Source of the DNA: Acidimicrobiales bacterium
Lineage (GTDB): Bacteria; Actinomycetota; Acidimicrobiia; Acidimicrobiales; JAJPHE01
Length of the DNA stretch: 35,985 nt
Reading direction: 5' to 3'
NCBI GenBank assembly: GCA_036273495.1
Contig: DASUHN010000226.1
Coordinates: forward strand, 1-35,985
A model generated the notes under the pieces. The model searched no databases, was not told the origin of the DNA, and saw nothing but the letters and a program-made list of their open reading frames with translations. The position numbers and the translations under genes are program-made. This document shows, piece by piece, positions 1-7,016 of the stretch (positions are counted from its first letter, which is position 1; the number at the start of each line of letters is the position of its first letter).

Positions 1-705
1 AACGGGGCCCGCCTGGTCGCTTCGGGCCGGTGCGACGTGGTGCTGGCCGGAGGCAGCGAGGCCGCCATCACCGGAACGTCCCTGGCCGGCTTCGGCAACA
101 TGACGGCTCTGTCCGGGCTGGGGATCTCTCGGCCCTTCGACGCCGAGCGCGACGGCTTCGTCATCGCCGAGGGTGCGGCCGTCCTCGTGCTCGAGGAGCT
201 CGAGCGGGCCCGGGCGCGCGGGGCCCACATCTACGCCCTGGTGGCCGGGTCGGCCAGCACCGCCGACGCCTACCACATCACCGCGCCGTCGCCCGGGGGG
301 ACCGGCGCCGCCACGTGCATGGAGCTGGCGCTGGAGGACGCGGGGGTCACCCCCGACGCCGTACGCCACATCAACGCCCACGGGACCTCGACGCCGCTGA
401 ACGACGCGGCCGAGGCCGAGGCCATCACCAAGGTCTTCGGATCGCCCGGGCCGCCGGTGACGTCGACCAAGGGAGTGACCGGCCATGCCCTCGGGGCGGC
501 GGGGGCCATCGAGGCGGTGGCGGTTGCCCTCAGCATCGACCGACGGCTGATCCCGCCGACGTCCGGCTACGAGCACCCCGACCCCTCCATCCAGCTGGAC
601 GTGGTGGCCGGGGAGCCCCGGGCGTGGGAGCCGGGGCCGGCCCTGTCGAACTCGTTCGGCTTCGGCGGTCACAACGGCTGCCTCGTGCTGGTGCCCGCCG
701 ACTGA
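1..705 (+). CDS. fabF: beta-ketoacyl-ACP synthase II (KAS I/II family), C-terminal ~234 aa; the 5' end lies outside the window
   Basis: Frame 1 is open from nt 1 (NGARLVASGRCDVVLAGG..). Motifs HINAHGTSTPLND (active-site His), GHALGAAGAIEA and NSFGFGGHNGCLVL are hallmark C-terminal motifs of FabF/FabB. TGA stop at 703-705. Confidence 0.9.
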   Translation, partial: NGARLVASGRCDVVLAGGSEAAITGTSLAGFGNMTALSGLGISRPFDAERDGFVIAEGAAVLVLEELERARARGAHIYALVAGSASTADAYHITAPSPGGTGAATCMELALEDAGVTPDAVRHINAHGTSTPLNDAAEAEAITKVFGSPGPPVTSTKGVTGHALGAAGAIEAVAVALSIDRRLIPPTSGYEHPDPSIQLDVVAGEPRAWEPGPALSNSFGFGGHNGCLVLVPAD

Positions 706-823
706 CGACGAGCGCCGGGGACCCGGAGGGGCATGGGGGCAGGGGGCACCTGTAGAGGTCAGTTCCACATTGTCCGAAAGCCACTGTCGGTGAAGAAGCG
801 TTCGACGACCCGGCAGAAGCAGC

Positions 824-955
824 AATTCGGAACAGGACGGAACGTCGCGTCGGCGGTAGACGAGCTCGTCGGGACGTGATCGCACCGCCCCCGACACCCA
901 GCGCAGCCTGGCGACGACATGGCGTGACGCCCCGTGTTCCAGCCTGTTCCGAATT
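824..955. repeat. Inverted repeat with 13-bp perfect arms AATTCGGAACAGG (824-836) and CCTGTTCCGAATT (943-955), extendable to ~22-nt imperfect arms; lies in a GC-poorer convergent intergenic region
   Basis: Base-by-base check: 824-836 pair perfectly with 955-943. After a 2-nt mismatch, 839-843 pair with 940-936, plus two G-U pairs. Each arm carries GGAAC-N5-GGAAC. Function unknown. Confidence 0.6.
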
Positions 956-1076
956 CACCCTGAGCGGTCGGTGGCGGCGGTGCTGGAGCCCCCAGTCAGA
1001 TTCGGAGACTTTGAAACCGACGTAGGTGGGCAACCGGAGCGTCCGGCGTCTGCCGGCGGGTCGGAGCCAGCGTGAC

Positions 1077-1502
1077 CTAAGCGTCAACGATGACGAACAG
1101 CAGCTCCACGTCGCAGGCCGTCCGGCCCTCGACGGCAGCGCGACCCTTGCCCCGCCCGGCGCGGGCGGACAGGCGCCCCATCTCCACCTCGAGGTCCAAC
1201 ACATCACCCGGTACGACCTGGCGGCGGAAGCGGGCCGAGTCGATCCCTCCGAACAGGGGGAGCTTGCCGGCGTAGCGCTCATCGAGGAGCACCGCCACCG
1301 CCCCCAGCTGGGCCACGGACTCGACCATCAGCACGCCCGGCAGGGTCGGCCGGCCGGGGAAGTGACCGGCGAAGAACCACTCCTCGCCCGTCAGGCGCCA
1401 CCGGCCCCGCGCCGAGACGCCGGGCTCGACGGCGGTGATCTCGTCCAGCAGGAGGAACGGGGGACGGTGGGGCAGGATCTCGTCGGGCCGGGGCAGGCTC
1501 AC
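1077..1502 (-). CDS. fabZ: 3-hydroxyacyl-ACP dehydratase FabZ
   Basis: 141 aa. PHRPPFLLLDEI and GHFPGRPTLPGVLMVESVAQ are the hot-dog-fold FabZ signature. TAG stop at 1077-1079. Confidence 0.9.
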   Translation of the reverse strand: MSLPRPDEILPHRPPFLLLDEITAVEPGVSARGRWRLTGEEWFFAGHFPGRPTLPGVLMVESVAQLGAVAVLLDERYAGKLPLFGGIDSARFRRQVVPGDVLDLEVEMGRLSARAGRGKGRAAVEGRTACDVELLFVIVDA

Positions 1503-1512
1503 CGCCCGACCC

Positions 1513-1986
1513 TCACGCTTTGGCGCTCAGCGCGGCCAGGAGCTTCTCCGGCGTGTCGGCCGGGCTGATCTTGTACCAGGCCTCGGCCACCTTGCCCTTG
1601 GCGTCGATGAGGAACGCCGAGCGCACGATGCCCATGAACTTGCGGCCGTAGAGCGAACGCTCCCCCCACACCGCGTAGGCGTCGGCGACAGAGTGGTCGG
1701 GGTCGGAGAGAAGCGGGAAGCCAAGGCCGTATTTCGTGTCGAACTTGGCCTGCTTCTCGGGGGCGTCGGGACTGATCCCGATGACCACGGCGTCCCCGAT
1801 GCGGTCGGCGACGTCGCGCAGGCCGCACGCCTGGGTGGTGCACCCGGGTGTGTCCGCCTTCGGATAGAAGTACACCAGGTGCGGACCCTTGCCCCGCTTG
1901 AGCGAGTCCGCCAGGCGGAACGGCCTACCGCTCTGGTCGAGCAACTTGAAGTCGGGCGCCTTGTCGCCGGGTGCCAATCGGGCCAT
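1513..1986 (-). CDS. bcp: Thioredoxin-dependent thiol peroxidase (BCP/PrxQ peroxiredoxin)
   Basis: ORF-track start 2058 trimmed to ATG at 1986 (MARLAPGDKAPDF..). YFYPKADTPGCTTQAC carries the peroxidatic and resolving Cys-x4-Cys motif of BCP-type peroxiredoxins. Confidence 0.9.
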   Translation of the reverse strand: MARLAPGDKAPDFKLLDQSGRPFRLADSLKRGKGPHLVYFYPKADTPGCTTQACGLRDVADRIGDAVVIGISPDAPEKQAKFDTKYGLGFPLLSDPDHSVADAYAVWGERSLYGRKFMGIVRSAFLIDAKGKVAEAWYKISPADTPEKLLAALSAKA

Positions 1987-2070
1987 GTGAGGAAGGTAGT
2001 GGGTCGGCGCCGGCGGCCATGCCCGCCTCCCCCTCGGTAGGGTCCGGATTGGCGGCAACGGCGCCGGGTA

Positions 2071-2079
2071 GGAGGGGGG
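2071..2079 (+). promoter_or_regulatory. Shine-Dalgarno-like GGAGGGGGG upstream of the TTG start of the FDH alpha subunit
   Basis: A purine-rich GGAGG core lies 10 nt upstream of TTG 2090. An in-frame TAG at 2069-2071 prevents any longer N-terminus. Confidence 0.5.
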
Positions 2080-2089
2080 CGAGATCGAG

Positions 2090-5000
2090 TTGACGCGGTG
2101 GCCCGTGATCCGTCAGCTGCAGGGCCGGGACCGGACGGGACGCGGGGCGGCAGCCAAGTCCGGGCACAGCGACCGGCTCCTGCCCCGGACCTACACCGCC
2201 GACAAGGTCGTCAAGTCCATCTGTCCCTACTGCGCGGTCGGATGTGGCCAGAACGTCTACGTCAAGGACGGCCGGGTGGTCCAGATCGAGGGGGACCCGG
2301 ACTCCCCCGTCAGCCGGGGCCGGCTGTGCCCCAAGGGGGCGGCCAGCCTGCAGCTGACGACGGGGCCGGCGCGGGAGCACCGTGTCCTCTACCGGCCGCC
2401 CCACGGCACCGACTGGGAGGTCCTCGACCTCGACCGGGCCATGGACATGGTGGCCGACCGGGTGATCGCCACCCGGCGGAAGTCGTGGGAGTGGGAGGAC
2501 GCCGACGGGGTCCGGGTGCGCCGGACCCTCGGGATCGCCAGCCTGGGCGGGGCCACGCTGGACGTCGAAGAGAACTACCTCATGAAGAAGCTGTACACCG
2601 CCCTCGGCGCCATCCAGATCGAGAACCAGGCGCGCATCTGACACTCGTCCACCGTCCCCAGTCTGGGGACCTCGTTCGGGCGGGGCGGCGCCACCACCTT
2701 CCAGCAGGACCTGCAGAACTCCGACTGCATCGTCATCGAGGGCTCGAACATGGCCGAGTGCCACCCGGTCGGGTTCCAGTGGGTCATGGAGGCCAAGGCG
2801 CGCGGGGCCACGGTCATCCACGTCGACCCCCGGTTCACCCGGACCAGCGCCCTGGCCGACCTCCACGTTCCGCTCCGGGCGGGCAGCGACATCGCCTTCC
2901 TGGGCGGGATCGTCAACTACGTCATCCAGAACGAGCGCTACTTCCGGGAGTACCTCGTCGCCTACACCAACGCCCCCACCATCATCAACGAGGACTTCGC
3001 CGACACCGAGGACCTCGACGGCGTGTTCTCGGGCCTCGATCGGGAGAACCGCAAGTACGACTTCCACACCTGGATGTACGAGGGCATGGAGATCCAGGCC
3101 GCCGCCGGCAGCCGCGACCAGGAGTACGAGGACCGGACCCGGTCCGGCGCCTCGGTCCGTGAGGCCGCCCGCGGCGAGTCCCACGGCTCGGGCGGGGCCG
3201 CCATCAGCGGGCGGCCGGAGAACGACCCCGACCTCCTCCACACCCGGTGCGTGTTCCAGATCGTGAAGCGCCACTTCGCCCGCTACACGCCCGAGGTGGT
3301 CGAGGAGATCTGCGGCGTCCCCCGGGACGTGTTCCTCCGGGTGTGCGAGACGGTCGCGGCCAACTCGGGACGCGACCGCACCACGGCGTTCGTGTACTCG
3401 GTCGGCTGGACCCAGCACACCGTCGGGGTCCAGTACATCCGCACCGCCGCCATCCTCCAGCTCCTCCTCGGGAACATCGGCCGCCCCGGGGGCGGGATCA
3501 TGGCCCTGCGCGGCCACGCCAGCATCCAGGGCTCGACCGACGTCCCGACGCTGTTCAACCTGCTTCCCGGCTACATCCCGATGCCCCACGCCCACGAGCA
3601 CGAGGACCTCGACAGCTTCGTCCAGGCCGAGGCCCCGGAGTACGGCTTCTGGGCCGAGATGAAGGCCTACACCGTCAGCCTGCTCAAGGCCTGGTTCGGG
3701 CCGGCCGCCTCTGCGGACAACGACTGGTGCTTCGACTACCTGCCCCGTCTGACCGGGGACCACAGCAGCTACGAGACGGTGATGGCCCAGATCGACGGCA
3801 CGTGCAAGGGCTACTTCCTGGCCGGGGAGAACCCCGCCGTCGGCTCGGCCAACGCCAAGATGCAACGGCTCGGCATGGCCAACCTCGACTGGCTGGTGGT
3901 GCGGGACTTCTCCCTGATCGAGTCGGCGACCTGGTGGAAGGACGGCCCCGAGATCGAGACAGGGGAGATGAGCACCGCCGACATCGGGACCGAGGTGTTC
4001 TTCTTCCCCGCCGCCGCCCACACCGAGAAGAGCGGGAGCCTGACCAACACCCAGCGCATGCTGCAGTGGCACCACATCGCCCGGGATCCCGACGGGGACG
4101 CCCGCAGTGACCTGTGGTTCTACTTCCACCTGGGCCGGATCATCCGGGAGAAGCTGGCCGGGTCGAACGACCCCATGGACCGGCCCCTCCTCGACCTGAC
4201 CTGGGACTACCCGACCGAGGGCGCGCTGGCCGAGCCGACCGCCGAGGCCGTGCTGGCCGAGATCAACGGCTACGACTCCGATGGCCGGCCCCTGGCGTCC
4301 TACGAGCAGCTCCGCGAGGACGGTTCGACGACCTGCGGGTGCTGGATCTACTGCGGCGTGTACGCCGACGGCGTGAACCAGTCCGCCCGCCGCAAGCCGG
4401 CCAGCGAGCAGAACTGGGTGGCCAACGAGTGGGGCTGGGCGTGGCCCGCCAACCGCCGCATCCTGTACAACCGGGCGTCAGCCGATCCGGACGGGAGGCC
4501 CTGGAGCGTGCGCAAGGCCCTCGTCTGGTGGGATCCCGACCAGGGCCGCTGGAGTGGCCACGACGTCCCCGACTTCAGCGCCGACAAGGAGCCGTCCTAC
4601 GTGGCGCCGGAGGGGGCGCGCGGAGCGGCGGCGCTGTCCGGCACCGACCCCTTCGTGATGCAGGCCGACGGCAAGGGCTGGCTGTTCGTTCCCGCCGGGC
4701 TCACCGACGGCCCCCTCCCCGCCCACTACGAACCCCAGGACTCCCCGTTCGACAACGTGCTGTACCGCCAGCAGCGCAACCCGGTGCGCCAGGTCTTCAG
4801 CCGCCGGAACAACCGGTACCAGCCGTCCGGCAGTGAGCCGGGATCGGACGTCTTCCCCTACGTCACGACCACCTACCGGCTCACCGAGCACCACACCGCG
4901 GGCGGGATGAGCCGGTGGCTGCCCTACCTCTCCGAGCTCCAACCCGAGATGTTCTGTGAGGTCTCCCCCGCCCTGGCCGCCGAACGGGGCCTCGAGCACC

Positions 5001-5329
5001 TCGGATGGGCCACGATCGTCACCGCCCGCAGCGCCATCGAGGCCCGGGTCCTGGTGACGGAGCGGATGCGGCCCCTGCAGGTGCAGGGCCGGACCCTCCA
5101 CCAGATCGGCCTGCCCTACCACTGGGGACCCAACGGCCTGAGCACGGGCGATGCCGCCAACGAGCTGGCCTCGATCTCGCTCGACCCCAATGTGCACATC
5201 CAGGAGGTCAAGGCTCTGGCCGCCGACATCCGCCCCGGACGCCGGCCCCGCGGCCCGGCCCTGACCGCCCTCGTCGAGGAGTACCAGCGCCGGGCCGGCA
5301 TCACCGAGAAGACCGGGACCGAGGTGTGA
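2090..5329 (+). CDS. fdnG: Formate dehydrogenase-N/O-type alpha subunit (Mo-bisPGD), selenocysteine-containing: TGA 2639-2641 read as Sec (residue 184 of 1079)
   Basis: ORF-track pieces 2090..2641 and 2750..5329 share one frame, and TGA 2639-2641 is the only stop between them. The N-terminal 4Fe-4S motif is CPYCAVGC..CPKG. Read-through gives ENQARI-U-HSSTVPSLGTSFGRGG..AECHPVGFQWVMEAK..VDPRFTRTS, which parallels E. coli FdnG DNQARV-U-HGPTVASLAPTFGRGA..AEAHPVGFRWAMEAK..VDPRFTRTA. Similarity continues to the C-terminus (TTYRLTEH, IGLPYHWG). Confidence 0.9.
2654..2670 (+). promoter_or_regulatory. Candidate bacterial SECIS upper stem-loop
   Basis: GTCCCCAGTCTGGGGAC forms a 6-7 bp perfect stem (2654-2660 with 2670-2664) with an apical loop containing G-U. 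It starts 12 nt after the TGA. Its size and position resemble the minimal E. coli fdhF SECIS (a 17-nt element 11 nt from UGA). Confidence 0.6.
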
Positions 5330-6090
5330 GCACCGCCCGCTTGGGTTTCTTCACCGACACGTCGATCTGCATCGGCTGCAAGGCGTGCGAGGTGGCATGC
5401 AAGGAGTGGAACCACGTCCCGGAGGACGGGCTGGCGCTCACCGGGATGTCCTACGACAACACCGTTGGCCTCGGAGCCGACACCTGGCGCCATGTGGCCT
5501 TCATCGAGCAGGCCCGGCCCGACGGGCTGCGTTGGCTGATGTCGTCGGACGTCTGCAAGCACTGCACCGAGGCCGCCTGTCTCGACGTGTGCCCGACCGG
5601 CTCCCTATTCCGTACCGAGTTCGGCACCGTCGTGGTGCAGGAGGACATCTGCAACGGCTGCGGCTACTGCATCCCCGCCTGCCCCTACGGGGTCATCGAC
5701 CAGCGCAAGGAGGACGGCCGGGCCTGGAAGTGCACCATGTGCTACGACCGCCTGCAGGTCGGAGCGGAGCCGGCGTGCGCCCAGACCTGTCCCACCAGGT
5801 CGATCCAGTTCGGGCCGCTCGACGATCTGCGAGAGCGGGCGGCCGGTCGCCTGGCCGAGCTGCAGCAGGCGGGGGTCACCGACGCCCGGCTCTACGGGCA
5901 CGACGCCGACGACGGCGTGGGCGGGAACGGGGCCTTCTTCCTCCTCCTCGACGAGCCCGAGGTGTACGGGCTCCCGCCCGACCCCGTCGTGACCACCCGG
6001 GACCTCCCGGCCATGTGGCGTCACGCCGCCATGGCGGCGCTGGCCCTGGCGACCGGGGCGGCGGCGTCCTTCCTCCGGGCCGGCCGATGA
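5326..6090 (+). CDS. fdnH: Formate dehydrogenase iron-sulfur (beta) subunit, 4x[4Fe-4S] ferredoxin type with a C-terminal membrane anchor
   Basis: GTG 5326 overlaps the alpha-subunit TGA (GTGA). Four Cys clusters are present: CIGCKACEVACKEWN, CKHCTEAACLDVCP, CNGCGYCIPACP and CTMCYDRL..CAQTCP. The hydrophobic tail is AAMAALALATGAAASFL. The ORF-track N-terminal extension from 5005 is rejected as a P/R/G-rich overlap of fdnG. Confidence 0.88.
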   Translation: MSTARLGFFTDTSICIGCKACEVACKEWNHVPEDGLALTGMSYDNTVGLGADTWRHVAFIEQARPDGLRWLMSSDVCKHCTEAACLDVCPTGSLFRTEFGTVVVQEDICNGCGYCIPACPYGVIDQRKEDGRAWKCTMCYDRLQVGAEPACAQTCPTRSIQFGPLDDLRERAAGRLAELQQAGVTDARLYGHDADDGVGGNGAFFLLLDEPEVYGLPPDPVVTTRDLPAMWRHAAMAALALATGAAASFLRAGR

Positions 6091-7016
6091 CCAGCGCGGA
6101 ACGATCGATGGTTCCCGACGCCACGCCGCGCTCGTACTACGGGCTGCCGGTGATCAGCCAGCCGGTGTGGAAGAGCCGCGACATAGCCGGCTACTTCTTC
6201 CTGGGCGGGCTGGCCGGGGCCTCGTCGACCCTCGCGCTCGGGGCCCAGTTGACCGGACGCCCGGGCCTGGCCCGGTCCAGCCGCCTGGCCGCCGCCGGCG
6301 CCATCGGGCTCTCGGCGGCGGCGCTGGTCCACGACCTGGGCCGTCCCGAGCGGTTCTACAACATGCTGCGGGTCTTCAAGCCCACCTCGCCGATGAGCGT
6401 CGGATCGTGGCTGCTGGCCGCCTACGGACCGATGGCCGTCACGGCGGCGGGGACCGCGGCCACCGGGCTGCGGCCGGGACTGGGCACGGCGGCGTCGGCG
6501 GGAGCGGCGCTTCTCGGGCCGGCGGTGGCGTCGTACACGGGCGTGCTCGTCTCCGACACGGCCGTGCCGGCCTGGCACGAGGGCCACCGCCACATGCCCT
6601 ATCTGTTCGCCTCCTCCGCCGCCTCGGCGGCCGGTGGGCTGGGCCTGGTGGCCGCCCCCCGCCGGGACAACGGGCCCGCCCGCCGCATGGGCGTGGCGGG
6701 GGCGGCCGGGGAGCTGGCGCTGTTCCGGATCATGCGCCAGAGCATGGGGAGGGCGGGGCGGGCCTACACCGAGGGCCGGGCCCACCGGTGGACGCGCCGG
6801 GCCGAGACCCTCACCCTGGCCGGTCTGGTCGGAGCGGCGGTGGGGGCCCGCCGCAGCCGGGTGGCGGCGGCGCTGTCGGGTTCCGCCCTGCTGGCCGGCT
6901 CGGCCTGCACGCGGTGGGCGGTCTTCGAGGCCGGGCTGCAGTCCGCCCGCGACCCGGACGACACCGTCATCCCTCAGCGAGAGCGTCTGCGGCGCCGACC
7001 AGGGCCAGATGGCTGA
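6087..7016 (+). CDS. nrfD: NrfD/PsrC-family integral membrane quinone-interacting subunit of the FDH complex
   Basis: ATG 6087 overlaps the beta-subunit TGA (ATGA). 309 aa with about 8 hydrophobic segments. DLGRPERFYNMLRVFKPTSPMSVGSW is the typical NrfD/PsrC loop motif. The C-terminal FEAGLQSARDPDDTVIPQRERL is typical of actinobacterial NrfD-like proteins. Confidence 0.8.
   Translation: MTSAERSMVPDATPRSYYGLPVISQPVWKSRDIAGYFFLGGLAGASSTLALGAQLTGRPGLARSSRLAAAGAIGLSAAALVHDLGRPERFYNMLRVFKPTSPMSVGSWLLAAYGPMAVTAAGTAATGLRPGLGTAASAGAALLGPAVASYTGVLVSDTAVPAWHEGHRHMPYLFASSAASAAGGLGLVAAPRRDNGPARRMGVAGAAGELALFRIMRQSMGRAGRAYTEGRAHRWTRRAETLTLAGLVGAAVGARRSRVAAALSGSALLAGSACTRWAVFEAGLQSARDPDDTVIPQRERLRRRPGPDG

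Noticed and set aside
733-879. Small basic ORF (48 aa, MGAGGTCRGQFHIVRKPLSVKKRSTTRQKQQFG..) in the fabF-fabZ gap
   Set aside because: Third-position G/C is only about three quarters, against near saturation in real genes here. It has no RBS, no recognisable family, and it overlaps the inverted-repeat element. Support is insufficient.
961-1080. Possible tRNA-Sec (selC) near the FDH operon; a TTTCAAA (U-UCA-AA) anticodon-loop-like string lies on the minus strand around 1008-1014
   Set aside because: The flanking bases do not form an anticodon stem. I could not build an 8-bp acceptor stem or a T-arm (GTTCGA-type).
2639-2749. Apparent break between two FDH alpha fragments, suggesting a pseudogene or two separate genes with an internal ATG restart at 2750
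   Set aside because: The fragments share one frame with a single TGA exactly at the Sec/Mo-ligand position of FdnG-type enzymes. The 'gap' translates into conserved sequence (HSSTVPSLGTSFGRGG..) and a SECIS-like hairpin follows. I treat it as one selenoprotein gene.
1925-4129. Very long alternative-frame or antisense ORFs. Examples are 1925..4129(-), 8967..11672(+), 10939..12249(-), 13065..14750(-), 14491..16422(-), 15081..17882(+), 17440..19524(+), 17672..19576(-), 24288..25961(+) and 29473..32751(+)
   Set aside because: Their translations are monotonous R/G/P/A/H-rich strings with no motifs. Each shadows a well-supported gene in another frame. This is the expected stop-codon-poor artefact of ~70% GC DNA.
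5005-5325. N-terminal extensions offered by the ORF track for several genes: 5005 for fdnH, 5385 for nrfD, 9006 for GH15, 10862 for hemerythrin, 22747 for Gfo/Idh/MocA, 22112 for the hydrolase, 23058 for PPOX, 26121 for GlsB/YeaQ, 25925 for D-aminoacylase, 19587 for ppgK and 28350 for the SDR
   Set aside because: The extensions are low-complexity and overlap the upstream gene. Each is replaced by a start codon that matches the family N-terminus and often forms a 4-nt overlap with the preceding stop.
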